A stretch of DNA of 64,000 nt from Octopus sinensis (lineage: Eukaryota), in the NCBI RefSeq assembly GCF_006345805.1, contig NC_043006.1, forward strand, positions 52,886,001 to 52,950,000, written 5' to 3'. The first letter of the stretch is position 1, and the number at the start of each line of letters is the position of its first letter. Of the stretch, positions 50,843 through 64,000 are shown one piece after another. A program made the translations under genes and the position numbers. The notes under the pieces were generated by a model. The model did no database searches, was not told where the DNA came from, and saw nothing but the letters and a program-made list of their open reading frames with translations.

Positions 50843-51247
50843 CGTAGGAGTGGCTGTGTAGTAAGTAGCTTGCTTACTAACCACATGGTTCCGGGTTCAG
50901 TCCCACTGCGTGGCACCTTGGGCAACTGTCTTCTACTATAGCCTCGGGCCGACCAAAGACTTGTGAGTGGATTTGGTAGACGGAAACTGAAAGAAGCCTG
51001 TCGTATATATGTATATATATGTGTATGTGTGTATATGTTTGTGTGTCTGTGTTTGTCACCCCAACATCGCTCGACAACCGATGCTGGTGTGTTTACGTCC
51101 CCGTGGCTTAGCGGTTTAGTAAAAGAGACCGATAGAATAAGTACTAGGCTTCCAAAGAATAAGTCCTGGGGTCGATTTGCTCCACTAAAGGCGGTGCTCC
51201 AGCATGGCCACAGTCACATGACTGAAACAAGTAAAAGAGTAAAAGAG
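50843..51247 (+). mobile_element. SINE family A
   Basis: Full head-to-tail match to the other copies. Confidence 0.85.
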
Positions 51248-51779
51248 TATATCAGGTATGAAGGGCAGGTAATGGTACAGTTGAACGGTGTGAGGTGATT
51301 GCAAGTTTTATTTCTGTAACTGCCAAGTTATATGAAGAAGTTATAAATGAATTTCAATATTTTTAGCAGATGAAATTTAAAAAAAAAAATTCAATATGTT
51401 TATTTAAAATGATTGAAGTGTTGAAATGTAAACAAAGTAAATCTCGGAGGAGTTTTCAGTGTTAAATGTGGATTTTCAATTAAGCGAAGAAATGCGGAAT
51501 AATGTAAATGCGTGTGGTGGGGTTGGATTGTATCAGCGTTGGCATTGGTGTATGATTAAGAATCTCGCTTCGTAACTAAATGCTTTCGAGTTCAGCCCCA
51601 CTACACTGCACCTCGGGCCTGAGTTTTCTACTGTAGCCAGGGGAGATAAAAACTTTATCAGTGAATCTGGTCGGCGGAAACCGAAAGGAGCCCGTCGAAT
51701 ACATACATAAATATATAGATACATAACTACCGACCTACCTACATATATACACATTTGTATGTGCATATATATATATATA

Positions 51780-52180
51780 TATTTCTTTATTGCCCACAAG
51801 AAGCTAAACATAAAAAGGACAAACAAGGACAGACAAAGGGATTAAGTCGATTACATCGACCCCAGTGCGTAACTGGCACTTATTTAATCGACCCCGAAAG
51901 GATGTAATTCGGCGAACTTTGGACTCAGAACGTAGCGGCAGACGAAATACCTATTTCTTTATTACCCACAAGGGGATAAACATAAAGAGGACAAACAAGG
52001 ACTGACATAGGTATTAAGTCGAATACATTGACCCCACTGCGTAACTGGTACTTAATTTATCGACCCCGAAAGGATGAAAGGCAAAGTCGACCTCGGCGGA
52101 ATTTGAACTCAGAACGTAGCAGCAGACGAAATACCGCTAAGCATTTTGCCCAGCGTGCTAACGATTCTGCCAGCTCGCCG
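51780..52180 (-). mobile_element. SINE family B, head plus two tandem body units
   Basis: Head gcggcgagctggcagaatcgttagc; B-box-like gagttcaaattcc; unit ggtatttcg..aaagaaata repeated. Confidence 0.8.
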
Positions 52181-52479
52181 CTCGTTTTTGTGCATCTGGT
52201 TAGCAAGATTCTTTATTTGAATTCGTGAGTTTAAGCATATTTTATTGTATCTGAGGAGAGTCATTCTCTTTTAGTGCCTTATGATTTAACACAATCACCG
52301 GCCCGATTTCCGCTCACCAACTTATATATTTTTACTAAAATTTCCGTTGCGTCTTGCAACCTTTTCAATAATCGTTGACTGTCCGTAATCGGAACTGCGT
52401 TATTTCATTTTTTTTTCTTTTGTGCATATGCGTGTGCGTCAGTGTGCGTGCGCATACACATATGTATGTATTACTCTGC

Positions 52480-52862
52480 AGTGAGCTGGCAGAAACTTTA
52501 GCACGCTGGGCGAAATGCTTAGCGGTATTTCGTTTGCCGCTACGTTCTGAGTTCAAATTCCGCCGAGGTCGATTTTGCCTTCCATCCTTTCGGGGTCGAT
52601 TAAATAAGTACCAATTACGCACTGGGGTCGATGTAATCGACTTAATCCGTTTGTCTGTCCTTGTTTGTCCTATCTGTGTTTAGCCCCTTGTGGGTAGTAA
52701 AGAAATAGGTATTTCGTCTGTCTTTACGTTCTGAGGTCAAATTCCGCTGAGATCGACTTTGCCTTTCATCCTTTCGGGGTCGATAAATTAAGCACCAATT
52801 GCTAACTGGGGTCGATCTAATCGACTTTACCCTTCCCCCAAAACTTCGGACCTTGTGCCTAT
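52480..52862 (+). mobile_element. SINE family B, head plus two tandem body units
   Basis: Same structure, inverted relative to 51780-52180. Confidence 0.8.
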
Positions 52863-52883
52863 AGAAAAAAGTATATATGTATA

Positions 52884-52966
<83 letters not shown>

Positions 52967-53703
52967 ACGTTTGTATGTATGCATGTATGTATGTGTGTAT
53001 GTGTGTGTGCCCGACTTTTCTTTTCATCCCTTTCGAGCTCAATAAAACAAATACCAGCAGAGCATTGGAGTCGATGTTGATCTTGTACCGAAATTTGAGA
53101 CCAATATTTATTTATCTTGTTTATACGTTATTCGTTAAATTTCCACAGCATTCTCTTCGTCCTTCATCCATCAGAAGCTGTACAATAAGGCGAATGCAGC
53201 TATTGTGTTTGGAGAGGGGGGAACGGGTGCTATGTGATCCCAAATTTATGACCTTTTCCTTTGTTAGGAATCATTATTGTTGTTGCTGTTGTTGTCGTCG
53301 TCGTAAACATCGTTTTGAGCTGTGGATAGGAGTAGAGAGTCTCGAATCAAAACGTCTTTTGATCTGAGCCTGCACCATTTGGAGTCGAATTATGTACATA
53401 TGTATATGAATTAAACAAACGAGCAGTATAAGCGAAAATATACGCAGTACATCTACTTATTCAGGCAACTATTCACAAGATCAACAAAATTGAACTGAAG
53501 ATAGTTGCTCATTTAACCACCAATATCCAGTCAGTGATATTGACTAGAGGCTGACAAATTAACGATACGAAAATTAACAATTGCCTTGAAAAAGTGGTGA
53601 AAATCACATTCAGAATGCGCTACTGGCAAGAATATAAGTTAGGACGCATAAGTACATGCCAGGAGGTGTGTGTCTACATATATGTGCGTGTGTGTATATA
53701 TAC

Positions 53704-54122
53704 TCTTTTACTCTTTTACTCTTTTACTTGTTTCAGTCATTTGACTGCGGCCATGCTGGAGCACCGCCTTTAGTCGAGCAACTCGACCCCGGGACTTATT
53801 CTTTTTGTAAGCCCAGTACTTATTCTATCGGTCTCTTTTTGCCGAACCGCTAAGTGACGGGGACGTAAACACACCAGCATCGATTGCCAAGCAATGATAG
53901 GGGAACAAATACAGACACACAAACACACACACATACATATATATATATATACATATATACGACAGGCTTCTTTCAGTTTCCGTCTACCAAATTCAGTCAC
54001 AAGGCATTGGTCGGCCCGGGGCTATAGCAGAAGACACTTGCCCAAGATGCCACGCAGTGGGACTGAACCCGGAACCATGTGGTTGGTTAGCAAGCTACTT
54101 ACCACACACCCACTCCTGCGCC
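53704..54122 (-). mobile_element. SINE family A, young subfamily
   Basis: Diagnostic gttagcaagctac, gcccaagatgccac, gtgacgggg. Confidence 0.85.
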
Positions 54123-54647
54123 TATATATATATATAACGTTGACGGTCTAGTAAGTTTCTTCACGGGCTGGGTTCTACGACTTACTGGAGTTTCTATATC
54201 ATATAATGTTAGCATTACATAAAGTATATCTGTAACACACTTCATAATTCTTAAATATGTATGTATATGTGTGTGTGCATGTATGTATATATAATGCATA
54301 TATATATATATATATACATGCATGCATACACATATACTTATATGTGTGCACACATACATACAAACATATACATGTGTGTGTGTGTGGTGCATGTATGTAT
54401 GTGTGTGAGAGAGAGAATGGAAGGTGAGGAGGTGGTAGAGAATGAAAGAAAGACGAGATCGAAGGTAACCTAGTATGGATAGATGGAATTTGATAGTTTT
54501 GAAGGCTTTCACTAGCCTCTTATATAATATATGTGAGAGATGAAAACAACTTGTCAGAAGGTGGATGATATTTGATAGCTGTTTATTCCTAAATCTTTTA
54601 TTTTCGAAACATAAAACAAACTACAGGTACAGACGTGGCTGTGTTAC

Positions 54648-54865
54648 TCTTTTACTCTTTACTCTTTTACTTGTTTCAGTCATTTGACTGCGGCCATGCT
54701 GGAGCACCGCCTTTAGTCGAGCAATTCAACGCCGGCACTTATTCTTTTTGTAAGCCCAGTACTTATTCTATCGGTCTCTTTTTGCCGAACCGCTAAGTGA
54801 CGGGGACGTAAACACACCAGCATTGGTTGTCAAGCAATGCTAGGGGGACAAACACAGACACACAA

Positions 54866-54898
<33 letters not shown>

Positions 54899-55060
54899 CG
54901 ACATGCTTCTTTCAGTTTCCGTCTACCAAATCCACTCACAAGGCATTGGTCGGCCCGGGGCTATAGCAGAAGACACTTGCCCAAGATGCCACGCAGTGGG
55001 ACTGAACCCGGAACCATGTGGTTGGTTAGCAAGCTACTTACCACACAGCCACTCCTGCGC
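54648..55060 (-). mobile_element. SINE family A, young subfamily
   Basis: Nearly identical to 53704-54122. Confidence 0.85.
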
Positions 55061-55539
55061 CTCGTTGTTCAGATTTTTTAGAAATTAGCTTCAATTCAGG
55101 TTCAATTCCGCTGTGCTTCATTTTGGATTTCTTCTATTGAAACCTTGTGTTGACCAGTAACTTGCGAATGAAAGTGAGTAAATGGAAAATGCGCCTTGTG
55201 ATATATCTCATTCGGTTGTCACATGCAAACAAGTATAACTCGATATCAAAAATAACCTTTCTTTATGCACGATCCCTTCGCTCCTGTTTAAGGTATTTTT
55301 GTAGTTACCAATAGACATAAACATTGTCCCGACCCTCGCATTCTTGACCCAGCGTTACAGTCACAGTCCAATCACATGTTTTATGCTGAACTTATATCGA
55401 TCTAACAATGTTATCGCTTGGCACGCTGCGGTCTTATAAATGTTACCGTTGTTGGTCCGTAATTGCTACTCACCACTTCTGAATGCACTCTATAGCAGCA
55501 CAGCTCTACAAAGAACTGCCATATGTATGTACATGTGCA

Positions 55540-55590
<51 letters not shown>

Positions 55591-55614
55591 ATATATATTT
55601 ATATATACATACAT

Positions 55615-55930
55615 ACGGTGGCACAATGGCCCAGTGGTTAGGGCAGCGAACTCGCGGTCATAGGATCGCAGTTTCGATTCCCGGACCGGGCATTGTGAGT
55701 GTTTATTGAGCGAAAACGCATAAAGCTCCACGAGGCTCCGGCAGGGGGTGGTGGTGATCCCTGCTGTACTCTTTCGCTCTTTCTTCTCTCTCACACTTTC
55801 TTCTGTTGGCCTGCTCGCTTAGCTAGCGGGGTGGCGTCATTTGAAGGCTAAAGCAATGCGAAGCGCATTGTAACCAGCGATGTGTAGCAACAACAGATAG
55901 CCTGGTCAATCACGTGTTCACGTGATATAC
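55615..55930 (+). mobile_element. tRNA-derived SINE family D-like
   Basis: tggcccagtggttagggcagcg..gtttcgattccc; body shared with 6258-6570; different 3' part. Confidence 0.7.
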
Positions 55931-55983
55931 ATACAGATATATATGTGTGTGTTTGTATGTGTGTGTGTGCGCGCGCGTATATA

Positions 55984-56033
<50 letters not shown>

Positions 56034-56396
56034 TATATATATACACACATACGGAGGCACAATGGCCCGATGGTTAGGGCAGCGGACTCGCGGTTTCGAT
56101 TCCCAGACCGTATATATATATATATAAACGCGTGACTATGTATTTTTGTATTTGTGTGTGTGCATTCGTGCCCATGTCAATGTGCGTCCTTTTGTTCTGT
56201 GTTTATGTTTACACCGATCTTAAAAGTGTTATGTCGATTACGTTGCACCCTTTCATTTTCTGTTAACCAGTGGTTCGACAAATAGAAACGATGAATAAAG
56301 TTACAGGCTGAAATATATGCTGTGATCGATTTTATCGACTGACCCTTTCAAGGCAATGCTTCAGTGTGTCGGCTACGGTGCAGTAATTTAAACATG

Positions 56397-56577
56397 TAGG
56401 CACAGGTGTGGCTGTGTGGTAAGTAGCTTGCTAACCAACCACATGGTTCCGGGTTCAGTCCCACTGCGTGGCATCTTGGGCAAGTGTCTTCTGCTATAGC
56501 CTCGGGCTGACCAAAGCCTTGTGAGTGGATTTGGTAGACGGAAACTGAAAGAAGCCTGTCGTATATATGTATATATT

Positions 56578-56668
<91 letters not shown>

Positions 56669-56876
56669 ATGTGTCTGTGTTTGTCCCTCTAGCATTGCTT
56701 GACAACCGATGCTGGTGTGTTTACGTCCCCGTCACTTAGCGGTTCGGCAAAAGAGACCGATAGAATAAGTACTGAGCTTACAAAGAATAAGTCCCGGGGT
56801 CGATTTGCTCGACTAAAGGCGGTGCTCCAGCATGACCGCAGTCAAATGACTGAAACAAGTAAAAGAGTAAAGAGTA
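56397..56876 (+). mobile_element. SINE family A, young subfamily
   Basis: Shares the same diagnostic positions, opposite orientation. Confidence 0.85.
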
Positions 56877-57949
56877 AACTGGATTTTGTCCTAGCACGTT
56901 ATAACTTTGCTTTTCAAACACTTCTATGAAATAATAGCATTTTAGTAGAATACCACTGAAATTGTGCCTGTGAGTGTTTATGAGAACATGATGTTCCACT
57001 ATTATTCTTAAGTTTATTTTGAAATATCAAGTAACGAATACGATATTTCATATATACGTTTAAAAGGATTATTGTTCACATTGGTATGCTGTTCCGAAAC
57101 ACTAAGGCTGGTTTGTTTCTTTTTATACATTACAGAATGCGACATCATAAAAGATAGATATCGTTTCTAGAACGACTTTAGGATTAAAAGTATCAGATTA
57201 TTACTGATTATGTAGCATATATACAAGTAGTACCATATCACCACTTCTACACCGATTTCCTATTGGTATTATAACGCCAAATATCTGGAACTTTTTCTCG
57301 ATAGTTGACATGTGTAGGGTGAGTCATATGAGGTAGTCTCAGCATAGTTGCTAGTCCCTACTAGAAATAGAAGCCAAATGCAATACGTCAGGTTTTAGGT
57401 GAGGCAACGATACATTAATTTATGTATGAAAATATACAAAGAATCGTTCCTAATAATGTCTCGATCTTCGGTAAACAATAAGCCGTTTTTATTATATCAA
57501 ATTGAAGAAAGCATTTTTTCCAAGACGTAAATTATTTCTGTCTTTGTATATAGCATCTTCACATATCCTTATCTAACGTATTTTATCTCCTCTTTGCCAT
57601 TATATGTAAAGTTTATTTGCAATTATGTAATTTGTAAGACCCCTGTTGACTGTTCATTGTGCTTTATTGTATCTTTGTAGTCTTTGTGACTAATAAAGAA
57701 ACAATTATTGTTATTTGGTAATAGCAGTAGATTGGCAAATCGTTAGAGCACCGAACTGTGCCACTATCTTAAATTTCCGGCTTAACTGAGTTAAAATGGA
57801 TCAAAGGGTAATTATTTGGAGTTTTTTATATATATATATATGTTTGATTTTTTAAATGTCATATCTATTGGTATTCAGTGAATTTTGTACTTTTATTAGG
57901 TGAAAACAAGATCTGAAGCTATACTAAATGATGACTATCCTTTTTTTCT

Positions 57950-58345
57950 AGTTTCTTGTTTCAGTCATTGGACGGCGGCCATGCTGGGATACTGCCTTGA
58001 AATTTTTAGTTGAATTAATCTACCTCAGTACTTTCTTTAATCCTAATACTTTATTCTATCGGTCGCTTTTGCCTAACCGCTAAATTATAGGGACCTAAAC
58101 ACACGCATACCAGTTTTTAAGTGATGGTGGATGACAAACACTCACACACACATACATACATATATATATATATACATTCATACGACGGGATTCTTTCGGT
58201 TTCCGTCTACCAAATCCAATCACAAGGAGTCTACCAAATTGGTCGGCTCATGGCTATAGCAGAAAATACTTGTCCAAGATGCCACGCAATGACTGAACTC
58301 AGAACCATGTGGTTGGGAAGTAAGCTTCTTAGCACACAGTCACGC
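57950..58345 (-). mobile_element. SINE family A, diverged copy
   Basis: Recognisable tail, body and head. Confidence 0.7.
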
Positions 58346-59604
58346 CTGTTAACAGTTTCTAATGATGACAGGAAGTATAACAGATATTGGGTAAGCCCGT
58401 TCATATGGTTTATGTGGAAGAATGATGATTTAATATGTGTTGTAACTATATTGTAACAAACATCCGTAAATCCACTCTGATCATGAGAAATCTGCAAAGC
58501 TTAGAAAATATAGTAATAGTTGTAAAACTTGAAACCTATTATCGAATATATTTACAAGCGCTAACATCTTCACTTCTAAAAGAAATTAAGAAAAAATTGA
58601 AATTATATGTTGTGTACCTGCAGCATATCACAGTTTTCAATCAACAAATTGGTTTAACAAAAAGTTAGATCTAACAAAATCCCATTACTTAAACCTTAAA
58701 GCATTTCCAAAGGATATAAATATGCACCCTTTTTCAAAAAGGGCTTTGAAATTGAGGGGCATTAATGAACAATGATACAGATTTGTTTGAATTCAAAGGA
58801 AATAAATGTTAAATTCTTTTACATACCGTATTTTCAAACACACCACTAGTGCTTCAGCTTTAAATGTTTGATAGACTTTGTAAAGTAGCGGGAACTAAGT
58901 TGTAGTAATTCAGAATATAAAAGGTACAATAATAAAAAGCAATGGTCCATTTTATTAACAATTCTAACTACAGCGGTAGTATGTATGTATGTATGTATGT
59001 ATGTATGTATGTATGTATGTTGTATGTATGTATGTATGTATGTATGTATGCATGCATGCATATATGTGTATATGGGAGTATTAGCTATATGCGTGTGCAT
59101 CTGAGTAAAGTGTCTTGTTCGTAGCAATGACTGGTGAATTTAAACTGGAAAGAAGTTCTATTAAAATTTAGAGGATGACATAAACAAAACAATCCCTAGA
59201 TATTTTTCTTTCTTTCTCAATCTTTTTATTAGGTAATCATTTAAGAATAAACACTAAAATCTACTCATACATATAAACAGATATACATATACACATAATG
59301 TATCATAAATAAAGAAGTAAATCGATCTTCTGTTGGTTTCGGCGATGAGTACTCCCGTAGTTCAACCAACTGCATTATCTTTTGTAGTTGTTGACGTTGC
59401 ATATGTCGGCGGACACAATGTTTTTGTATAAATAACTGATGTGTCTTTAGCCAAAACCTAATTTCCCTCTATTCGAAGACCTTTGTACTTACTCTCCTAT
59501 CTGTCAGCCTAATGACCGCACATTTGCAACTTCCACTGTTCGACCTCACATCTTCAGCCATCTACTAACAAATGCTTTTTTCAACTTTTTAAAATTTAAT
59601 ATGT

Positions 59605-59850
59605 GGTGGCGCGTGGCTTAGTGGTTAGGGTGTCAGCATCATGATCGTAAGATTGTGGTTTCGACTCCTGGACCGGGTGACACGTTGTGTTCTTGAGCAA
59701 AACGCTTCATTTCACATTGCTCTAGTCCACTCAGCTGGCAAAAATGAGTAACGCTGCGATGGACTGTCGTCCCGTCCAGTTGGGTAACACACACGCTATT
59801 GAAACCGGGAAAACCGGACCCAGGAGCCTGGCTAGGCTTTAAAAGGGCGC
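59605..59850 (+). mobile_element. SINE family C, alternative tail
   Basis: Matches 17030-17270 in reverse. Confidence 0.78.
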
Positions 59851-60209
59851 AAAGAGGAAAGAGAAAAATTTTATATAAACATATAACGATTTTTAAAATA
59901 GATGGAATGTCTCAGATTTGGGAGATGGATATAGTCGACTAAATTAATACCAATACGTAACTAACATATTTTTTTATCGATCTCGGATGAATGAAATATG
60001 AAGTAAATTTCAGCGCAGTTTGAACTTAAAATGCAAAGGACCATAACTAACTACGGTAAATCATTCTCTGCATCGCTCGATCAAGTTTACCAACCCAGTG
60101 GCCTAAATATAAACTTATTAACAAAACAACATTATAAGAATGTCACGCTTCGGTATATCTTCTATCTTTATAGTATTTACTATGGAAATTCGGTCAATTA
60201 TTAATATGC

Positions 60210-60259
<50 letters not shown>

Positions 60260-60986
60260 CCAAATGTTTATTTCATGCTGTAAATATGGAACAATATTTA
60301 CAGTATTATCTGGGTACTCCAGCTCGTTAACAAATGTCCTCTAACATAACCTTGTTGAATGTGTCATGGTTTCCTAGATGAAAATAACATTGGCATTTGC
60401 CCAGATAGGTTCAGGAAATAGAGTGAAATCATCAGAATGTTTTACAAACTGTTTCAAAAGGGAAAAAAATATAATATTGTGATATTATCATTTTCTGATT
60501 TACACTTCGTAGAAATACATATCACAACAGTATCTTGCCATAGTTTTGGAACCAACTTATCTAACTCTAAGTGCTTAAGCTCAGATTTTATCACAATCTA
60601 TCTCTATCAGATTTAACTTCCTCAGCAACAATTTCTTTTGTTCCTGGTGTTTTTATTTCCGAAATATAACCAAGCTCTCTTATGGTTAATCTAATTGAAC
60701 CCAGTTCTTTTCAAGCAACGATAATTAATACAATAAATAATTATATTTCTGTTAAGAATAATGCGAACATTTTCGCCATTTCTTCCACATTTTCATTGGC
60801 TTCTGTCCTGAGATGTTCTTTTAAAGCGACAAAATTGTCCTCAAATATATATTGGTTTCAAATTTTGGTACAAATTCGAGGGAAGGGTTTAATCGATTAT
60901 ATCGACCCCAGTGCTCAACTGGTACTCATTTTACCGTCCCCGATAAAATAAGTATTACAGCAGAATTGCCTTTCATCAAATACATA

Positions 60987-61342
60987 TCTTTATATATAAA
61001 AGTGAGGTTGTGTGCTGTCTGTCTCCTACGATTTAGATTCCTAACTACTCCCACATTTTGCGGTGCAGTTTAGCCAAAACCGGGTATCTTATAGTCGTGA
61101 TTCATGTCGAGCCCTTCTGGGTATTAGCGCGCGTCTACGATGAGTCTAGGATTTTTTTTTAATTTACCATCAATTTTTCCCATTTTTAATGCATTTTTGG
61201 CATATATAAGGGAAGTAACTCTCTAAAAATGTATTATTAAATCTCAGGCCATGTTGAGATGGTTATTATACTTTACATCTCTAAAAATGCTTATATAGTT
61301 ATTTCCCTTACAAACCCGAGCAACGCCGGGCGATACTGCTAA
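60987..61342 (+). mobile_element. Non-autonomous Helitron-like element
   Basis: A|TCtttatatataaaa start; 3' cccgagcaacgccggg hairpin then CTAA|T (CTAG variant). Confidence 0.65.
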
Positions 61343-61719
61343 TTAAATATATCTTAAAAGGAAAAATTAACATTAAGAAAATTTGTAGCATTTCTTTTAC
61401 ATCTACCTCGGTTTGAATCTTTATAGAGTTATTTTCCTACCAAAAATCTTGAGTGTGACACATACGCCTTTTAGGAGAACTTTATTTCTTTGTACGTTTT
61501 CATACATTAAACTATCGCAGCTGGAGTAAGGTCTGAAGAATGCATTCATTCTAGCATCTTGCGCCTGTTATTTCCAAATGTCCTTTCTACCGTTCTTATC
61601 AAATCAATCTTTAAGTAGGTAATGTATCAACACTTACAGATAATATCTAGCCAGAGGTTTAAGTTTCTGGTTTCTAATCTCCCTCTTTCTCTCCTTTATC
61701 GCTCTCTGTCTTTGCGCGC

Positions 61720-63127
61720 GCGCATGCTCACACCCACCCACACACACGCACACATACATGCACGAATATAAAATATACAAACAGGCATACGAGGTGGTAT
61801 CAAAAATTTTCCGGGCTAGTTCTGTAGCGCGCCAACCAATGGCAGCACACGATTGCATGCGCAGTGAGAGTTTGTAGTAACCTTCATAGAGTTAGTAGTA
61901 ACCGAGGGATGTCGTTGTGTTTACTTCGCAAGTTTTGACATTTGTGTTTTTTATGATCACGTGTTATGCTGTAGTCAGCGATTTTGTCATGGACAGGAAC
62001 AAAGAACCAATGTGAATTTTGCTTTAAACTTGAGAAGTCTGCTACAGAGATACTGAGCATGCTTCAAGCTACGGCAACGACGAAATGGATCGTACGCAAT
62101 GTTTTGAGTGATACGGGCGCTTTAAAAGCGGAAGAAAATGGGCGATGTGGGAGCAATGTGGGAGATCTGCCACGAGTGCCACCCCTGGAAACGTGGTATT
62201 CTGCATCAAGAATTCGACCCCCAAGGTCAGGCATATATACATATGTATATATATCACGTGATCACGTGACCGACCAGTCCATCAGATGTATGTTTGTTTA
62301 CTAATTCTGAAAGATATGCTCACATCCGTAGAGTAGTCGACCTCTATAACGGTACATAATTCTTTTCTGTCCCAAATAACTATATTGGACCGATTATGTT
62401 GGCATACATTGCACTCACAAACGCGCGCACACACACACACACCACACACACACACGCACACATACATGCACGATATAAAATATACAAACAGGCATACGAG
62501 GTGGTATCAAAAATTTTCCGGGCTAGTTCTGTAGCGCGCCAACAATGGCAGCACACGATTGCATGCGCAGTGAGAGTTTGTAGTAACCTTCATAGAGTTA
62601 GTAGTAACCGAGGGATGTCGTTGTGTTTACTTCGCAAGTTTTGACATTTGTGTTTTTTATGATCACGTGTTATGCTGTAGTCAGCGATTTTGTCATGGAC
62701 AGGAACAAAGAACCAATGTGAATTTTGCTTTAAACTTGAGAAGTCTGCTACAGAGATACTGAGCATGCTTCAAGCTTACGGCAACGACGAAATGGATCGT
62801 ACGCAATGTTTTGAGTGATACGGGCGCTTTAAAAGCGGAAGAAAATGGGCGATGTGGGAGCAATGTGGGAGATCTGCCACGAGTGCCACCCCTGGAAACG
62901 TGGTATTCTGCATCAAGAATTCGACCCCCAAGGTCAGGCATATATACATATGTATATATATCACGTGATCACGTGACCGACCAGTCCATCAGATGTATGT
63001 TTGTTTACTAATTCTGAAAGATATGCTCACATCCGTAGAGTAGTCGACCTCTATAACGGTACATAATTCTTTTCTGTCCCAAATAACTATATTGGACCGA
63101 TTATGTTGGCATACATTGCACTCACAA

Positions 63128-63135
<8 letters not shown>
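61720..63135. repeat. Tandem duplication, 707-nt period, bounded by (CA)n; includes the left end of a mariner
   Basis: cgaggtggtatcaaaaattttccgg at 61790 and 62497; differences seen are single-base indels. Confidence 0.88.
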
Positions 63136-63172
<37 letters not shown>

Positions 63173-63256
63173 CACACACACACAAATACACACAAACACA
63201 CACACACACACATATATATACACAGACACACACATACACATACACACACACTCGCG

Positions 63257-63322
<66 letters not shown>

Positions 63323-63802
63323 CGCGTGTGTGTATATGTGTATGCGACGTTTTGAAGCGTTTGAGGAAGAACATTCGGCACAAACGACCGGATCTGTGAA
63401 CCGCGAAGAACTGGATTCTTCACGACGACAATCCACCCTGTCACAGACCTCTCCTCACTCGTGAGTTTCTCGCCAAAAACAGCATAGTACCGCTTCTGCA
63501 CCCGCCCTTTTCACCAGATTTAACACCTACGAACTTCCGTCTCTTACTCAGGATGAAAAGGCAGCTTAAAGGTTAGCGTTTTAACACCATTGTCGAGAAA
63601 CAGAGCGAATCGCAGAAGGTCCTTGACTTTCTTACGGAAAAGAACTTCCAGGCCGGATCCCAAAGGTGGCAGGAACGCTAGGACCGGTGTATTGCTGCGC
63701 AAGGTGACTATTGCGAAGAAGATTATGTTAAAACTTAAATAAATGTGTTATTTTTATTAAGCATATATTTATTAAGTCCGGGAACTTTTTGATATCACCT
63801 CG
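62497..63802 (+). mobile_element. Decayed irritans-type mariner with TIRs and TA flanks, internally replaced by a SINE/microsatellite insert
   Basis: TIRs TA|cgaggtggtatcaaaaattttccgg and ccgggaactttttgatatcacctcg|TA; FCFKLEKSATE N-terminus; [22 protein letters not shown]-terminus. Confidence 0.82.
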
Positions 63803-64000
63803 TACAGATGCGCGCACATGTATATGGAACGAAAAAAGAAATAAAACTGTCAGGATGGGTTTATAGGTTTGTACACACACATCATGCACACACCAACACA
63901 CTGGCACGAACATACATATGCACGCACGCATACACACACACGCACGCACACACACACACACACACACAAACTCTTGTATATATGTACGTATACATACACA

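Overview
AT-rich, microsatellite-dense metazoan DNA, most likely an octopus. This is inferred from the tRNA-derived SINE families and the density of (TA)n, (CA)n, (GATA)n and (TAA)n tracts. Almost all ORF-track entries are microsatellite artefacts or transposon fragments, and no host gene could be identified with confidence; only a few candidate exons with good splice sites were found. The window is dominated by mobile DNA: a near-full-length R4/Dong non-LTR retrotransposon inside (TAA)n (38061-42098), a second chimeric Dong remnant, a decayed Penelope-like (PLE) RT, CR1/L2-type LINE 3' ends, several Tc1/mariner elements (some nested), hAT remnants, Helitron-type ends and at least four SINE families. 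Main signals missed by the ORF track: (1) several type-I minimal hammerhead ribozymes of the PLE/retrozyme type: an intact one at 19760-19818, an intact one in two tandem copies 686 nt apart (32483-32545, 33169-33231), and one inside a 97-bp inverted repeat (31726-32173); (2) a heavily decayed ~3.4-kb LTR-retroelement gag-pol on the minus strand (22260-25650) with an unusual PQ-type RT motif; (3) a 3' tail shared between a CR1-like LINE and the dominant SINE, with compensatory changes in its terminal hairpin. All alignments, translations and folds were done by eye. Two tandem duplications differ only by single-base indels and may be assembly artefacts.
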